From NCBI GenBank assembly GCA_040285745.1, contig JAUFOR010000003.1, forward strand, positions 682,001-746,000: a DNA stretch of 64,000 nucleotides, read 5' to 3'. Shown here in pieces: positions 19,654 to 30,174 of this stretch. This DNA comes from Barthelona sp. PCE (Eukaryota). The notes beneath the pieces were generated by a model that was given only the letters and a program-made list of their open reading frames with translations, made no database searches and was not told the origin of the DNA. Each line of letters opens with the position of its first letter. Position 1 is the first letter of the stretch. The position numbers and the translations under genes were made by a program.

Positions 19654-20037
19654 ATGGCGACAAAGACTAAGGACGTTTCACAAGCACTCTTCGTTAGCGA
19701 ATCTAAACTGTTGGATGCAATGGCACAACACAGATGTTTAACTGATGTTTTCCGCAGATTTGAAGGGACTTTTTCAGCAGAGCGTATTGACTATTCTAAG
19801 GTGGATGTGGCTACGTTGCGTATGGTCAATTCATCCAATTTGATGGAAGGTATGTTCATTGATGAACTGGTCACAAAGATGGATAGAATTACTAACTGCA
19901 AGTCCACAGAGGAGTTAGACCACCTTAAAGAGGAACTGTTATCAAAAGAGAATGTTTCAGAGGTATTTGATATAGATTCCAAGAGGATTGTCCTCAATAG
20001 CGACGATAAAGAGCGATACAGCAAGTTTTTTGAATAA
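19654..20037 (+). CDS. Hypothetical small protein (may contain an intron)
   Basis: ORF divergent from RRP41, first ATG at 19654, AATAAA at the stop. No family recognised. Confidence 0.6.
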   Translation: MATKTKDVSQALFVSESKLLDAMAQHRCLTDVFRRFEGTFSAERIDYSKVDVATLRMVNSSNLMEGMFIDELVTKMDRITNCKSTEELDHLKEELLSKENVSEVFDIDSKRIVLNSDDKERYSKFFE

Positions 20038-20110
20038 TAAATCATGATACAGCACTTAGAAACTGTTTTCTTTTTTCTTACCATTTCTTAATAAGTTTGG
20101 GTTTAATCAC

Positions 20111-21029
20111 ATGAACAGTGCTCTCTCTCAACGGTATGTTGATGCACGCACCAATTAAAAGACTTACATTTAGCCGGAATATGCTTATCGGTGAATTGCA
20201 AACCATTAAAGGTTTGCAGACAGTAGCAAACAATCAGTTTACGCTCAGAGCACGTTTGGGAACCGAGGTTCACACAATTCAGATTGTCCTTCCAGCCAAT
20301 TTCCCAAATTCAGCTCCTCAAATTTTTGTGCCCGGATGCACCCATTGGAGTCTGAATCCTGCCAATTTCCAACTGGCTGATAACAAACACATCAAGAATT
20401 GGAATGGTAACTCATCCTCCGTAAAGCAAACTCTTGATAGCTTCATTTTAACATTCAATAATCCTCGTCCAGCTCCCGTACCTACAATGCCCAAGCAGGA
20501 GGTCAAACCTGTACCTGTTATCCCTCAGCGTAGCAAGTTAAATGTTGATGTCACATTGCCCCCAGTTCCCACCAATTTTGCGCTTATCAACACTCTATCA
20601 GTTGAGCAGTTGCGTTCTGCGATTCTTGACGATGGAGAGTTTTCTCGTTTATTGGAGAGATTCAGTTATGAGAGCGAAATCCGAAATTTGATGCAGACAG
20701 TCAATGCAAAGATTGAAGCAGAGCTTAAAAGAGTGAAGGAGATCAGCCACGAGGACGGGGAACTCAGAGAATCTATTCGACGTCTGCGAATTGAGCAAAA
20801 GACAAAATATGATGAGTATCAGCGCTTGCTCAATGACTTACCAGTTGAAGCAGGCCAAACAGATAACTCAATCCTCGTGGAGGAGATGGAGGAGTCTGAG
20901 ATGATGAGTCTTGACCTGGATGAGGCCATGGACAACGGAGAGATTGAGATCGATGAGTTTATCGATCAGTATGTTGATGTACGTAAGAATTACCACATGA
21001 AACGTATCGCGCTTGATGCGACTAGTTAG
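20111..21029 (+). CDS. VPS37: ESCRT-I subunit VPS37 (VPS37A-like, UEV plus Mod(r) domain); two exons, 20111-20133 and 20174-21029
   Basis: UEV-like IVLPANFPNSAPQIFV, Pro-rich linker, C-terminal GEIEIDEFIDQYVDVRKNYHMKR. Removing 20134-20173 joins ATG 20111 in frame (MNSALSQRRNMLIGEL). Confidence 0.8.
20134..20173 (+). other. 40-nt spliceosomal intron
   Basis: GTATGT donor, ACTTAC branch-like motif and ATTTAG acceptor. Splicing brings an otherwise out-of-frame ATG into the VPS37 frame. Confidence 0.75.
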
Positions 21030-21080
21030 TCGATTCAAATGATTGTAAATAGTTTTGTTTTTCTCAATCTTTTATCTGTT

Positions 21081-23615
21081 TTACTTCTCAGGGAAACTTG
21101 TCTCAAAGACCGTAGGGTTTAAAACACAGAAGTTCTTCTCTTTGCTATTGCTTCTGTTATATCTCAAATTATCTGTACTTCCACTTGGTGATATAGATCC
21201 GATCTGTGATAAAAATAGTGACTTGCGAGCAGGCGGCGTGGGTACCGCCTTGGGTGCGGGGGACTTGTCTCTTGTCCGTCTGACTGGGGGAGCGCCTGAA
21301 CTGGGCCTGACCTTTCGGTGGAAGCTGGGTTTTCTCTCCATCTTCTTTTTTGGTTTAGGGCTCTCTCTAGGGGCCTTTTGGTTTTTAGACAAGCTGCTGG
21401 ACTGCCTGGAAAGTGAGCTCTCACTCCCTCCTGAAGAAGAACGCGACTTGCTTGAAGTGATACGCTTTTTCTTCTTTTTCTTCTTCTTCTTTTTCTTTTT
21501 AATGGGCTTCAGTAAATCAAAACCATGTACATTGTCCTCCTCTTCAGAACTCTCATGATCTGGATCCTCGTCAGAACCTACCCATACAATATCTTCACTC
21601 GTTTTCGTTAGCATGAGCTCATCCCGTTCATCCTCTTCGTTTGCACTGTTCGCACGGTGACTTCTCTTGCGGCCGTAGGATGGGAGCTCCTTTAACTTCA
21701 ACGGTTCCTGTGATACGTCCGAGGGTTCAAAGCTGCTATAGCTGTTGGGAAAAACTGGAGCGCTTGGACGCCTGATGCGCGGTATGCTCTTCTGCTGAAC
21801 GGGTTGTATAAGGTCAGATAACGAAATTTGAGGAGCCAATGTATTCTTTGGTATTGATGGAAGATGGATACCAAAGTTATTCTCTCTCTCAAATATTGCT
21901 TCCTTGGGGTTATAGAGAAGTTTCAGCTCCCTCAAACACTGTTTGACTTTTGTTTGGTTCGGATCACAGTAATCGAGTATTGAATCACAAAAAAAGTAAC
22001 CCATCTCTTCTAAATGAGACACTCCGAAGTGTAACTTGCGGTATGGGCCAAAGTTAGCACCACAGAACGTTGATTCCATGGTAAATGCATTGACCAGTCC
22101 AAATTCTCTTCGCATAACTACTCTTGCAGTCGAAAATTTTGATCTGCTGACATGAAAATTGCAGTCACTGAACGAGAATGCTTTAGAATTTCGAGCCAAT
22201 AGACGAGGAAAGATTTTCTCCTTCAAAAATAAATTACCATTCGGTGGGTTCTCACATCCATAAATAAACACATTGTGCTTCTTTGAGTGGCCGTGCAAGT
22301 CCAGGAACATGACAACGTCACGCTCTGTGACGAATTCACGGATCATCTCCTTGTAAGCAAAAATGGTGGGGTGCCTCTCAGGTGAAGGGACGTTATATCT
22401 CCTGTTCAGGTCCTCACCGCCAAGATGGCATCTATAGTTTCCGTTGATGACACCATCCGGGTTCAACATCGGGACAATCTTGAATACAAAGTTATCACGT
22501 AGAATTTCCGCATCCAATGATGAACCCGTTAGGTAGTCGATTATTCCTTTCATCATCCAAGAGGAGTTTGTCTCACCGGGGTGCACACGGGCGCTGATGA
22601 TAACACCTTTCCTTTGTTTTAACATCGATTGATCTCCAGAGAAAGATGTGATTGTCAGGAGATCTACGTTGTTCCCGGCCAGCGTTTTTGTAAGCGTCTT
22701 CCGCCTGAAACATTTTCGACGGTCATGGTCCTCTTCCAGAGTGACCAAATAATTTTGAAGAGTTGTGTAGGTGTAAGGATAAAAATGAGAAAAAAAGACT
22801 GTATCATTATCGTGCTCCCCCACATATGAAAACGTCAACGTGTGGAATGAACCCTTTCCTTTCTTAAGGGTATTGGTAAAATAAGCAATATCACTTCCGC
22901 CACGGTACCATCCCTTACCTTCAAACTCAGCAGCCACCTCAGAATACACACAGGGCCTGTTTCCTCTATTATAGACTGAATCGTTCTTGTAGAGATTAAT
23001 GATGTTGAATTTATACGTAGTACCTTTCTTTATCCCACTGACTGAGAAATAAAACCATTGCGTATGTCCATTTGTATTTGTATCGGTCGCAAGGATGAGG
23101 TCATACTCTGTAGGTGTTGCCTGAATGGCTCTTCTTAAATTTCCAGATTCAAAACGGCTTTCAAAAATTAGTGTACAATCTGCTCCATCCTTACGTTGGT
23201 ACCATGGAGGCAGGATGCCACATCGGGGGAGCTTGCGTTTGAGCCGTGTAGGTCTTTCTATTGAATCATAAACGATCCTATTTAGCAAGACACTGTGTTG
23301 TCGTTTCTCAAATAAGGATCGGTACTTTTGGATATCAGGGCGCTCAAGAACTGGCTCTTCGCTGGGGTTCCAATGTATATGTGATGGTCCTGGATAAAGC
23401 AATGATCGTTTTAGACCCGTTCTGGGTAAAGGAATCTTGTAATCTTCCTCGACCTCATATAAGTCAAGAGGAGACGGAATCTTATCGCGTAAACTGTCAA
23501 AATCATGATCTGAGTCTTCAAAATCATCTTCTGTTGCAAAAAATTTTGCTGAACTTACTCGTGGTATTTTGGGAGAGGGCACTTGCGTTGGCCGAGCTCC
23601 TAACAGCCCGTTCAT
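21081..23615 (-). CDS. Cytosolic carboxypeptidase (CCP/AGBL/Nna1, M14D), tubulin deglutamylase
   Basis: FESRFESGNL, TQWFYF, YPYTY, ARVHPGE, PMLNPDG, DLNR, DLHGHS and FTMES motifs; basic low-complexity tail. Confidence 0.93.
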   Translation of the reverse strand: MNGLLGARPTQVPSPKIPRVSSAKFFATEDDFEDSDHDFDSLRDKIPSPLDLYEVEEDYKIPLPRTGLKRSLLYPGPSHIHWNPSEEPVLERPDIQKYRSLFEKRQHSVLLNRIVYDSIERPTRLKRKLPRCGILPPWYQRKDGADCTLIFESRFESGNLRRAIQATPTEYDLILATDTNTNGHTQWFYFSVSGIKKGTTYKFNIINLYKNDSVYNRGNRPCVYSEVAAEFEGKGWYRGGSDIAYFTNTLKKGKGSFHTLTFSYVGEHDNDTVFFSHFYPYTYTTLQNYLVTLEEDHDRRKCFRRKTLTKTLAGNNVDLLTITSFSGDQSMLKQRKGVIISARVHPGETNSSWMMKGIIDYLTGSSLDAEILRDNFVFKIVPMLNPDGVINGNYRCHLGGEDLNRRYNVPSPERHPTIFAYKEMIREFVTERDVVMFLDLHGHSKKHNVFIYGCENPPNGNLFLKEKIFPRLLARNSKAFSFSDCNFHVSRSKFSTARVVMRREFGLVNAFTMESTFCGANFGPYRKLHFGVSHLEEMGYFFCDSILDYCDPNQTKVKQCLRELKLLYNPKEAIFERENNFGIHLPSIPKNTLAPQISLSDLIQPVQQKSIPRIRRPSAPVFPNSYSSFEPSDVSQEPLKLKELPSYGRKRSHRANSANEEDERDELMLTKTSEDIVWVGSDEDPDHESSEEEDNVHGFDLLKPIKKKKKKKKKKKKRITSSKSRSSSGGSESSLSRQSSSLSKNQKAPRESPKPKKKMERKPSFHRKVRPSSGAPPVRRTRDKSPAPKAVPTPPARKSLFLSQIGSISPSGSTDNLRYNRSNSKEKNFCVLNPTVFETSFPEK
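21465..21500 (-). repeat. AAR codon run encoding 12 consecutive lysines in the CCP tail
   Basis: 36-nt C/T-only tract on the + strand. Confidence 0.85.
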
Positions 23616-24434
23616 GGCTGTATATTTAGAATTAGGGGAAAATTCGGTATAGCAACGGGATTGTAGCTGAAAAGCAGTTTCATGCCTATTTTATACGGTT
23701 GACTGTCTAATAAAGGTGTTTTGTGTTCAAAGTAGCTCTCATATTTGATCTGAGGATGGCTCTTTCTTCAAAGATTTTTCCTACTTTTGTCACATGTTTT
23801 GGTTGTTTTTTGAAGATTTTATCGCTTTTTGTGGTGCTTTACACCGCTTAAGGGTAGAAGGATTTGTGTTAGAGTATATAGTGCTTCCCCTGTCCAAAAT
23901 TCTTCAAATACTAAAATTCAATTTTTAGTGTTGTATTAGCACTGCAAAGTCTTGCGCTACCCAAAAGCAGCTAAATAAAATTGAGAAATATGAACAGAAT
24001 CTTGGTGCCCAGATTGTTTTGCCTACTTCATGAGCTTAAAAAAGTGTTTAAAGTATTAAAGTTGAATTGAATTGCAGCTAAATAAGATTTCACCTTGTTT
24101 TTATATGTAGTTCATATAAAATGGAAGAGAAAACTTTTTGCGAGTTTTGATCGGATTTAAAGAAAATTTGTGGATGTGAGACTTGTAATTATTCGGAAGA
24201 ACGTTCAGCAAGACAGAAAAGCATAATATGAGTTTAGTATTAAGTGATAATGGTTAGTGATGTAGCTTGGCGTCACACACTCACGGTGCATTAATATGCA
24301 TCCCCATTATGTCAGTATCAAGATGTGCAAATAGCTTGATGTGTTTGAAACAACTAGAGTGTGTTGCTTTGTTTTCAACCCCTATCGATCAAACCCCCGT
24401 AATTTTACGTTATTTTCAATCGAACACACATACC

Positions 24435-25118
24435 ATGGACCTTGCAACCGCATACATGAAGTCTAAATCCAAACTGGATGAAGCCTTCAGTTTTTTACAC
24501 CCAACTTTATTGCTGCCTAACGATTACGAGTGCAGTTTTGCACCCAATGAGGTGAATTATAAGTTATACGCAGACTTTGAGCAAGACTACTTTGAGGCAC
24601 ACCCAGATTTTATTGGCAAACCTACCGAGTCGATTCCTTCTTTGTCCACACTGTGGGAAAAGAAGGACAGGAAGCTGGAGACCCTTCGTGTGGAACAGGA
24701 GAAGCGCAAAGAAACTAAATTGCAGAGAAAACGTTCGATGAAGGAACGTCTTGAAAATTTAGAGTTCAAAAAGAAGTCCCAGAAGACAGAGGAGCAGGAG
24801 GAGATCACGTTACCATCTCTACTGACTCAAGAAGATCAGGATGGGAAGAGTGGACAGAGGTTCACCAGTCGACGTGGTCAGAAACTGCAGCAGTTGGAGG
24901 ATGCTTACAAGAAAGCAACACAAAGAGAAGCTACTCTGAAGCAAAAGGGTGGATCGGACACAGCACAAGGCAAGAGCTATGAGCAGAAACAAAACATTGA
25001 CAATATCTTGAAGAAACTGGATGGAGAAAAGGTATATGATAACGTTTCTAAACTTAAGAAGGCGTTAAAGAAGCAGAGGAAGAAGGCTGGTGGCAGGAAA
25101 AAGTCAAAAGGATTCTAG
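24435..25118 (+). CDS. SURF6/Rrp14-like nucleolar protein
   Basis: Lys/Glu-rich; KLDGEKVYDNVSKLKKALKK matches the SURF6 GxKVxDDxxLLxKALKR block and the protein ends in GF. Likely ATG at 24435. Confidence 0.72.
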   Translation: MDLATAYMKSKSKLDEAFSFLHPTLLLPNDYECSFAPNEVNYKLYADFEQDYFEAHPDFIGKPTESIPSLSTLWEKKDRKLETLRVEQEKRKETKLQRKRSMKERLENLEFKKKSQKTEEQEEITLPSLLTQEDQDGKSGQRFTSRRGQKLQQLEDAYKKATQREATLKQKGGSDTAQGKSYEQKQNIDNILKKLDGEKVYDNVSKLKKALKKQRKKAGGRKKSKGF

Positions 25119-25210
25119 TAAAGCTTTTAAAAATATTTGAGCAAAAATTTTACTCGTTTATTCTTTTTAACTCATTTCAAAAGTTAGCCGATTTTTGGCG
25201 ACGCACTCAT

Positions 25211-27214
25211 ATGACTGAGTTGTCTAAGACAGAGGAAGAGGTTGTAATAGACGACACTGCAGATAAAGTTGTACGTAAAGTCGGTAAAGGCCGCGCAAGA
25301 ATAGTTATTGCTGATAAAAAGCCTAAGAAGCTCACAAAAGCGCAAGAGAGGTATTTAAAATATCATTACGATATGCCAAATTCATTTAAAGATAAAACAG
25401 ATGAATTATGGCATAGAGGACAATATTTATTACGTAGAAAGCAGAGAATCATCGACGAAGCCGAGGAAAAACGTGTTAATAATGAGATGAAGGCACTTCA
25501 AGTGAAGCCCAGCATTTCGAAAAAAAGCAAGAAATTGATGGCTGATAATGAGCGTCCTGCCGATTTCTACACATACACAACTGCGTGGAAGGCGAGGCAC
25601 GATGCTCAATTAAAGAGAGCAAAGGAGGCAGTTCTTAAAGACAATGCAAGTGAAGAAACGTTTCAGCCGGAGGGAAATTTGCAATCAGAGCGCATTCTTG
25701 AGCGCAGAGGACACCATCGCAACGTAGTTCAGCACTGGGAAGCATATGCAGATGAGTACACTCGAAAGAAAAAATTTAAGTCATCGGTGGATTCACCTTT
25801 CCAGCCCAAACTGACGGAAAGAACACGTTTGCTTGCAGAAGTTGTTGATAAGAAGAGGCAACCGGCGGAAGGTATCAATGAACTGCTTTACAAGGAGGGA
25901 TTGGAGCACATTAAGAAGATTGAGGAGAAACATATAGAGCATGTCACTAAATTTGATTCTCCAGAGCTAGAACTGAACCCAGACCCAGAAGAGGACGTGG
26001 ACTTCAACGCCATGCTCAGGCAGAGGAAGAAACAGCGTCGAGAAAAGATGAAGGAAAGTTTCGATCCAAACCTGACATTCAGTCCAGCCATAAGCGAGAT
26101 GAGTAGGAAGATGACGGAAAACAGAGAGGGCTCGGTTATGTCCTATGTATCATCGCAAGCCACGGAGGATGACGACGGATATCCAGTTTTCGAGAGTGTA
26201 ATTGATTATCATGAACGATTGTATGAGGAAGAAAAAGAGGAGAAGAAACCGAAGGATTACAACGAGGAGCTTACATTTACTCCAAAGATATCCAAAAGGG
26301 CAAAGAAGGTAAAACAATCTTTTGATGAGCGTCTACAACAGAATACAGAGAAGAAGCGTGAGTTATTATTACGTTTACAACAAGAAAAGGAGGAGAATAT
26401 ATCAAAAACATGTACTTTTTCACCGAGAATTTCCAAGAAAAGTAAGAAAATAGCAAAAAGTTTTGAAATGAGTCAAGAAAAAAGATATTTGAAAAATTTA
26501 GAGTTATCAAAGCAGAAGAAAAAACAGATGCGTCTTGAAAGAGATAGACAGAAACAGGCAGAGCTAGAGCAATATACTTTTAAACCAGCAATTACCCGTA
26601 AAGCTGCTTTGATAAAACGTTCATTACATGATGATTTGGTTGAAGAAGAAGAGCAAGTTGGAGTGCTCAAAACACCACGCTTGAAGAAATATGCCGGAAA
26701 GGACTCAGGGTTCTCCTATTTACAGTTGCATACACCTCAGGATTATGTACCACCAAAGTCAGGCAAGGTGAAGTCAACAAAGAAGAAAAGCGTTAAGCGG
26801 AAGAAGAAGGCTGTTAAGAGGCATGACACGAGTGATTCTGGTCGCTATGAAAGTTTGCAGTCAAAAGTTTTATACAAGCCCAAGAATTCACCTATACACC
26901 CCAATCGCCAGCCGTTGCAGTATTCAATTGACATTTCCAGCCCTATGGCTGACAGACAAGAGCAGGCGGAAACTCCGAAGAAACCAATATATGTACCTAA
27001 AGACTTGGTCGACAAGGATCATTATCTCTCGCCTGCCATCAAACGCAGTCCTTTAGCGATGGACATGCTGGGGAGACAAGAGACAGATCTGAGAACAAGG
27101 AAGCAGGCCATTCTTGCTATGCTTGAAGAAGATGAAGAGTATAAGAAGGCTAAGGAGATAGAAGGTGATGTTTTGGGCATGATCAATCAGTGGAGATCAA
27201 GTCAGCATGTTTAA
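25211..27214 (+). CDS. Charged coiled-coil protein with seven TFxPxIS-type repeats
   Basis: 667-aa ORF with repeats such as LTFSPAISEMS, LTFTPKISKRA, CTFSPRISKKS and YTFKPAITRKA. Confidence 0.8.
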   Translation: MTELSKTEEEVVIDDTADKVVRKVGKGRARIVIADKKPKKLTKAQERYLKYHYDMPNSFKDKTDELWHRGQYLLRRKQRIIDEAEEKRVNNEMKALQVKPSISKKSKKLMADNERPADFYTYTTAWKARHDAQLKRAKEAVLKDNASEETFQPEGNLQSERILERRGHHRNVVQHWEAYADEYTRKKKFKSSVDSPFQPKLTERTRLLAEVVDKKRQPAEGINELLYKEGLEHIKKIEEKHIEHVTKFDSPELELNPDPEEDVDFNAMLRQRKKQRREKMKESFDPNLTFSPAISEMSRKMTENREGSVMSYVSSQATEDDDGYPVFESVIDYHERLYEEEKEEKKPKDYNEELTFTPKISKRAKKVKQSFDERLQQNTEKKRELLLRLQQEKEENISKTCTFSPRISKKSKKIAKSFEMSQEKRYLKNLELSKQKKKQMRLERDRQKQAELEQYTFKPAITRKAALIKRSLHDDLVEEEEQVGVLKTPRLKKYAGKDSGFSYLQLHTPQDYVPPKSGKVKSTKKKSVKRKKKAVKRHDTSDSGRYESLQSKVLYKPKNSPIHPNRQPLQYSIDISSPMADRQEQAETPKKPIYVPKDLVDKDHYLSPAIKRSPLAMDMLGRQETDLRTRKQAILAMLEEDEEYKKAKEIEGDVLGMINQWRSSQHV

Positions 27215-27259
27215 TAATCTAATTTCATCAATAAAAACGAAAAATTTACTCATAGTTAT

Positions 27260-28960
27260 TTATGTTATCTCAAAAAATTCGCACTGTTCCAAGAATTGAA
27301 ACAAAGTGGCCGTAGACTTTTCAATTACAGTCAATTTGCCATCATTGAAATGCAAAACATCATAAAACATCTGGTTAGTATCACAATTAGTGGCATACCT
27401 GATGATACTGTTTTTCCCATACGAAGAACAAATGTAGTCTTGGTATGTGTCACTATTTGAATCAAAAAGAGGTATATCCATTGCATATTGGGAATACTCA
27501 CCATTTATAAAAGAATAAACAGAATTGTTCCAGTAAAAAAGCCGTGGTGCAATGAATGCAAATTCTCTCTGTGCTCCAATGGTATTTGGTTGCATGCAGT
27601 TGTATATTTCATCACTTTCAAAGTGATTTATACTGAGACAACAGGTTGAAGAATTAAGTGAAAGAAAAACAATAGTTTCGGAACAGAGATCAATTCTTCC
27701 TGCTACAAAATATGATGGAGCTTCCAATACACTGGATAAAAGTTCACATATATTTGGAGAAGCATCAAAAATTTCATCAATATTTATGTACACTATAAAA
27801 GTAGCATGTAAATAATAAATACGATTTTTTCCAATCACAACATCCCATATGTTCTTACTAAATCGTATTCGGGTTTTTTCACCAGTCTGAAAATTATTTA
27901 CCGTACATCTACTATCAAAAAAAGATATACAGAGATGCTTTGTTGGATCAACAACTGTCCTTGTCCCATATTCAGGTGTTTTTTTATGATAAAAAACCTT
28001 TGGTTGCAAAAAAAAGTTATTGTAAAAAGGAAATCGATGAAATACTGCATCTTTCAGAAATGTACTATATATAGGCCTCTCACATATATATTCAAAAGCT
28101 ATTTGACATAGAAATACATCTCTATTTGAAAAAAAAAACCCATATACAATTTTGGTTTTTGCATCATACACTAACCCGTTGCAATTATTAATTAAACCAA
28201 TTTTTCCGCTTGTATTCAATGCTGTGTTGAGCCAACAGAGTTCATTTTCTGTTGTGCTAAATATATATGTGTCATTATCAAATGCAACAATAGAAGTAGC
28301 TTTATAATCATTTCCCATCAAACTTGCATAATTTGAAAGCTCAGTGATCACGAACTCTCCATCCACCAAGCATAGTTCATACACATGTTGACAATATATA
28401 TAAGGAGCACTGGATAAAAACAGTATATCAGTACTTTTCTTATTGATAACTCGACAGTGATGTACAAAATCATGCTCAGTCTCCAATACTAGCTGATATT
28501 GGGGTACATTATTTGGAAAAAATACTCGAAAAAAACATTTTTCTTGATGGCAATATGTCAACAGGAATGAAAGCGAAACGTTTGGTTGAGATAGGATACT
28601 GCCCCGTATCCCAGGCAAATCAAGGGACTCGCTAATTATGTCGCCACAAGGACAGACTAATAGTTCATTATCGTAGAACAACCACCCCGTTTTGTTATTT
28701 AAACAAGCTGGAATGTTTAGTTTTTGTATCAAAATGTCGTCTGCGAACAGCTTTATGTATCTACTGCGATACTTAATGATAAAATCAACATCAGAAAAGG
28801 TATAGTTTAGATGGTGATGGCTACGACCCAGTATATGTTTTGACATCACTTTGACCTGTATTTGTTGTCGGCCATCGATGTAGCATGCGGAATGATGATT
28901 ACTGTGCCTTATAAATCGAACATTTGGAGAAATTATTCTTTCTTGAATAATTCTTGGCAT
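27260..28960 (-). CDS. Hypothetical beta-rich (possibly propeller-like) protein
   Basis: 566-aa intact ORF, visibly more AT-rich than its neighbours, rich in aromatic residues, Cys and Ile. No family recognised. Confidence 0.7.
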   Translation of the reverse strand: MPRIIQERIISPNVRFIRHSNHHSACYIDGRQQIQVKVMSKHILGRSHHHLNYTFSDVDFIIKYRSRYIKLFADDILIQKLNIPACLNNKTGWLFYDNELLVCPCGDIISESLDLPGIRGSILSQPNVSLSFLLTYCHQEKCFFRVFFPNNVPQYQLVLETEHDFVHHCRVINKKSTDILFLSSAPYIYCQHVYELCLVDGEFVITELSNYASLMGNDYKATSIVAFDNDTYIFSTTENELCWLNTALNTSGKIGLINNCNGLVYDAKTKIVYGFFFSNRDVFLCQIAFEYICERPIYSTFLKDAVFHRFPFYNNFFLQPKVFYHKKTPEYGTRTVVDPTKHLCISFFDSRCTVNNFQTGEKTRIRFSKNIWDVVIGKNRIYYLHATFIVYINIDEIFDASPNICELLSSVLEAPSYFVAGRIDLCSETIVFLSLNSSTCCLSINHFESDEIYNCMQPNTIGAQREFAFIAPRLFYWNNSVYSFINGEYSQYAMDIPLFDSNSDTYQDYICSSYGKNSIIRYATNCDTNQMFYDVLHFNDGKLTVIEKSTATLFQFLEQCEFFEIT

Positions 28961-29565
28961 TTTAATGGAATATCAACTTAAACAAAACAGTGTTGTAAAT
29001 AAAAAGTTCTTTTAAAAAATGTGAAAGAGAAATGAAAGAAAATGCAGTGTTTACTGTGTATTGTGGAATCAAATATGTGTAAAAGACGAAGGAACATGCA
29101 GTTTGCTCCACCAGCTGAAGCTTACCAAACAAAAAGTCTGTTGTATTTTGTAAGAAAAAAAAGAAGCCATGTTTTAAATTTGGTGGAATATGTACTGGTT
29201 ACAAAGTGTTAAGTAACGAAAAAATCCAGCCCTTTCTGAATCACAACGCAAAAAAGTGAATCTAAAATGAAATAAATACTAATGAATACAGAGCATCAAG
29301 TTATGCTGTAAAAAGTAACGATTGTAGGTATGAGTGCAGGAGACAAGAATCCCTGCTGTGCTATTTCAAACAAAAAATACCTAAAAAGGTACATTTATCC
29401 GAAAACAACAATGGTAATAGATATGGATATTTCAGCATCGCAAACTACTATCATAAGCATCATAAAGGAGTGCTGGGGGATAAAAAAAGTTCACATTGTT
29501 GTTTTACAAAGAAAACGACTCCTTTTCCTTTTATTACTCACTTTATCCGAAGTTTTTAGGTCTAA

Positions 29566-30174
29566 ATGGTTCGTCACAATCAGCACTTACCCACCGTTCA
29601 CTTCCGTAAGGAGTGGACCGACAGAGTGAAGGTACATCTTGATCAAGCCTCCAAGAAGATCTCTAGACGTAACAAGCGTCAAGCACGTGCCCAGAAGCTT
29701 TTCCCCCGTCCCGTCGAGCTCCTCCGTCCCGTCGTCCGTTGTTCTTCTCAGCGTTACAACTTGAAGTTCCGTGAGGGTCGTGGTTTCTCTCTTTTAGAAC
29801 TCAAGGAGGCTGGCGTTCCCGCTATGCTTGCCCGTAAGATTGGTATTGCCGTCGATCACCGTCGCGTTAGCAAGGGTATGGAGCTTTTCCAACTTAACGT
29901 TGAGCGTATCAAGACTTATCTTGCTTCCATCACTGTTCAGACCAAGAAGGGTGCCAAGGATGCTGAGCTCAAGAAGCTTGGTGTTCAATTCGGTGACCTC
30001 TCTGAAATGGAGGTTAACCAACACCCCGTCTTTGCTGTTGAGCAGGACAAGGAGGTCCTCACCTTCGCCGACGAGATTGATGCTTCCCTCATCGCCAAGT
30101 CTGCTTTCCAGACTCTCCGTACCGAGCGTCGTCGTCAGTACTTCCACGGTCGCAACCAGAACAAGGAGGAGTAA
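29566..30174 (+). CDS. RPL13: 60S ribosomal protein L13 (eL13)
   Basis: HFRKEW...DQ..KK..RR, PRPVELLRPVVRC, GRGFSLLELK and IGIAVDHRR; strong codon bias (CGT, AAG, GAG, CTC). Confidence 0.97.
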   Translation: MVRHNQHLPTVHFRKEWTDRVKVHLDQASKKISRRNKRQARAQKLFPRPVELLRPVVRCSSQRYNLKFREGRGFSLLELKEAGVPAMLARKIGIAVDHRRVSKGMELFQLNVERIKTYLASITVQTKKGAKDAELKKLGVQFGDLSEMEVNQHPVFAVEQDKEVLTFADEIDASLIAKSAFQTLRTERRRQYFHGRNQNKEE

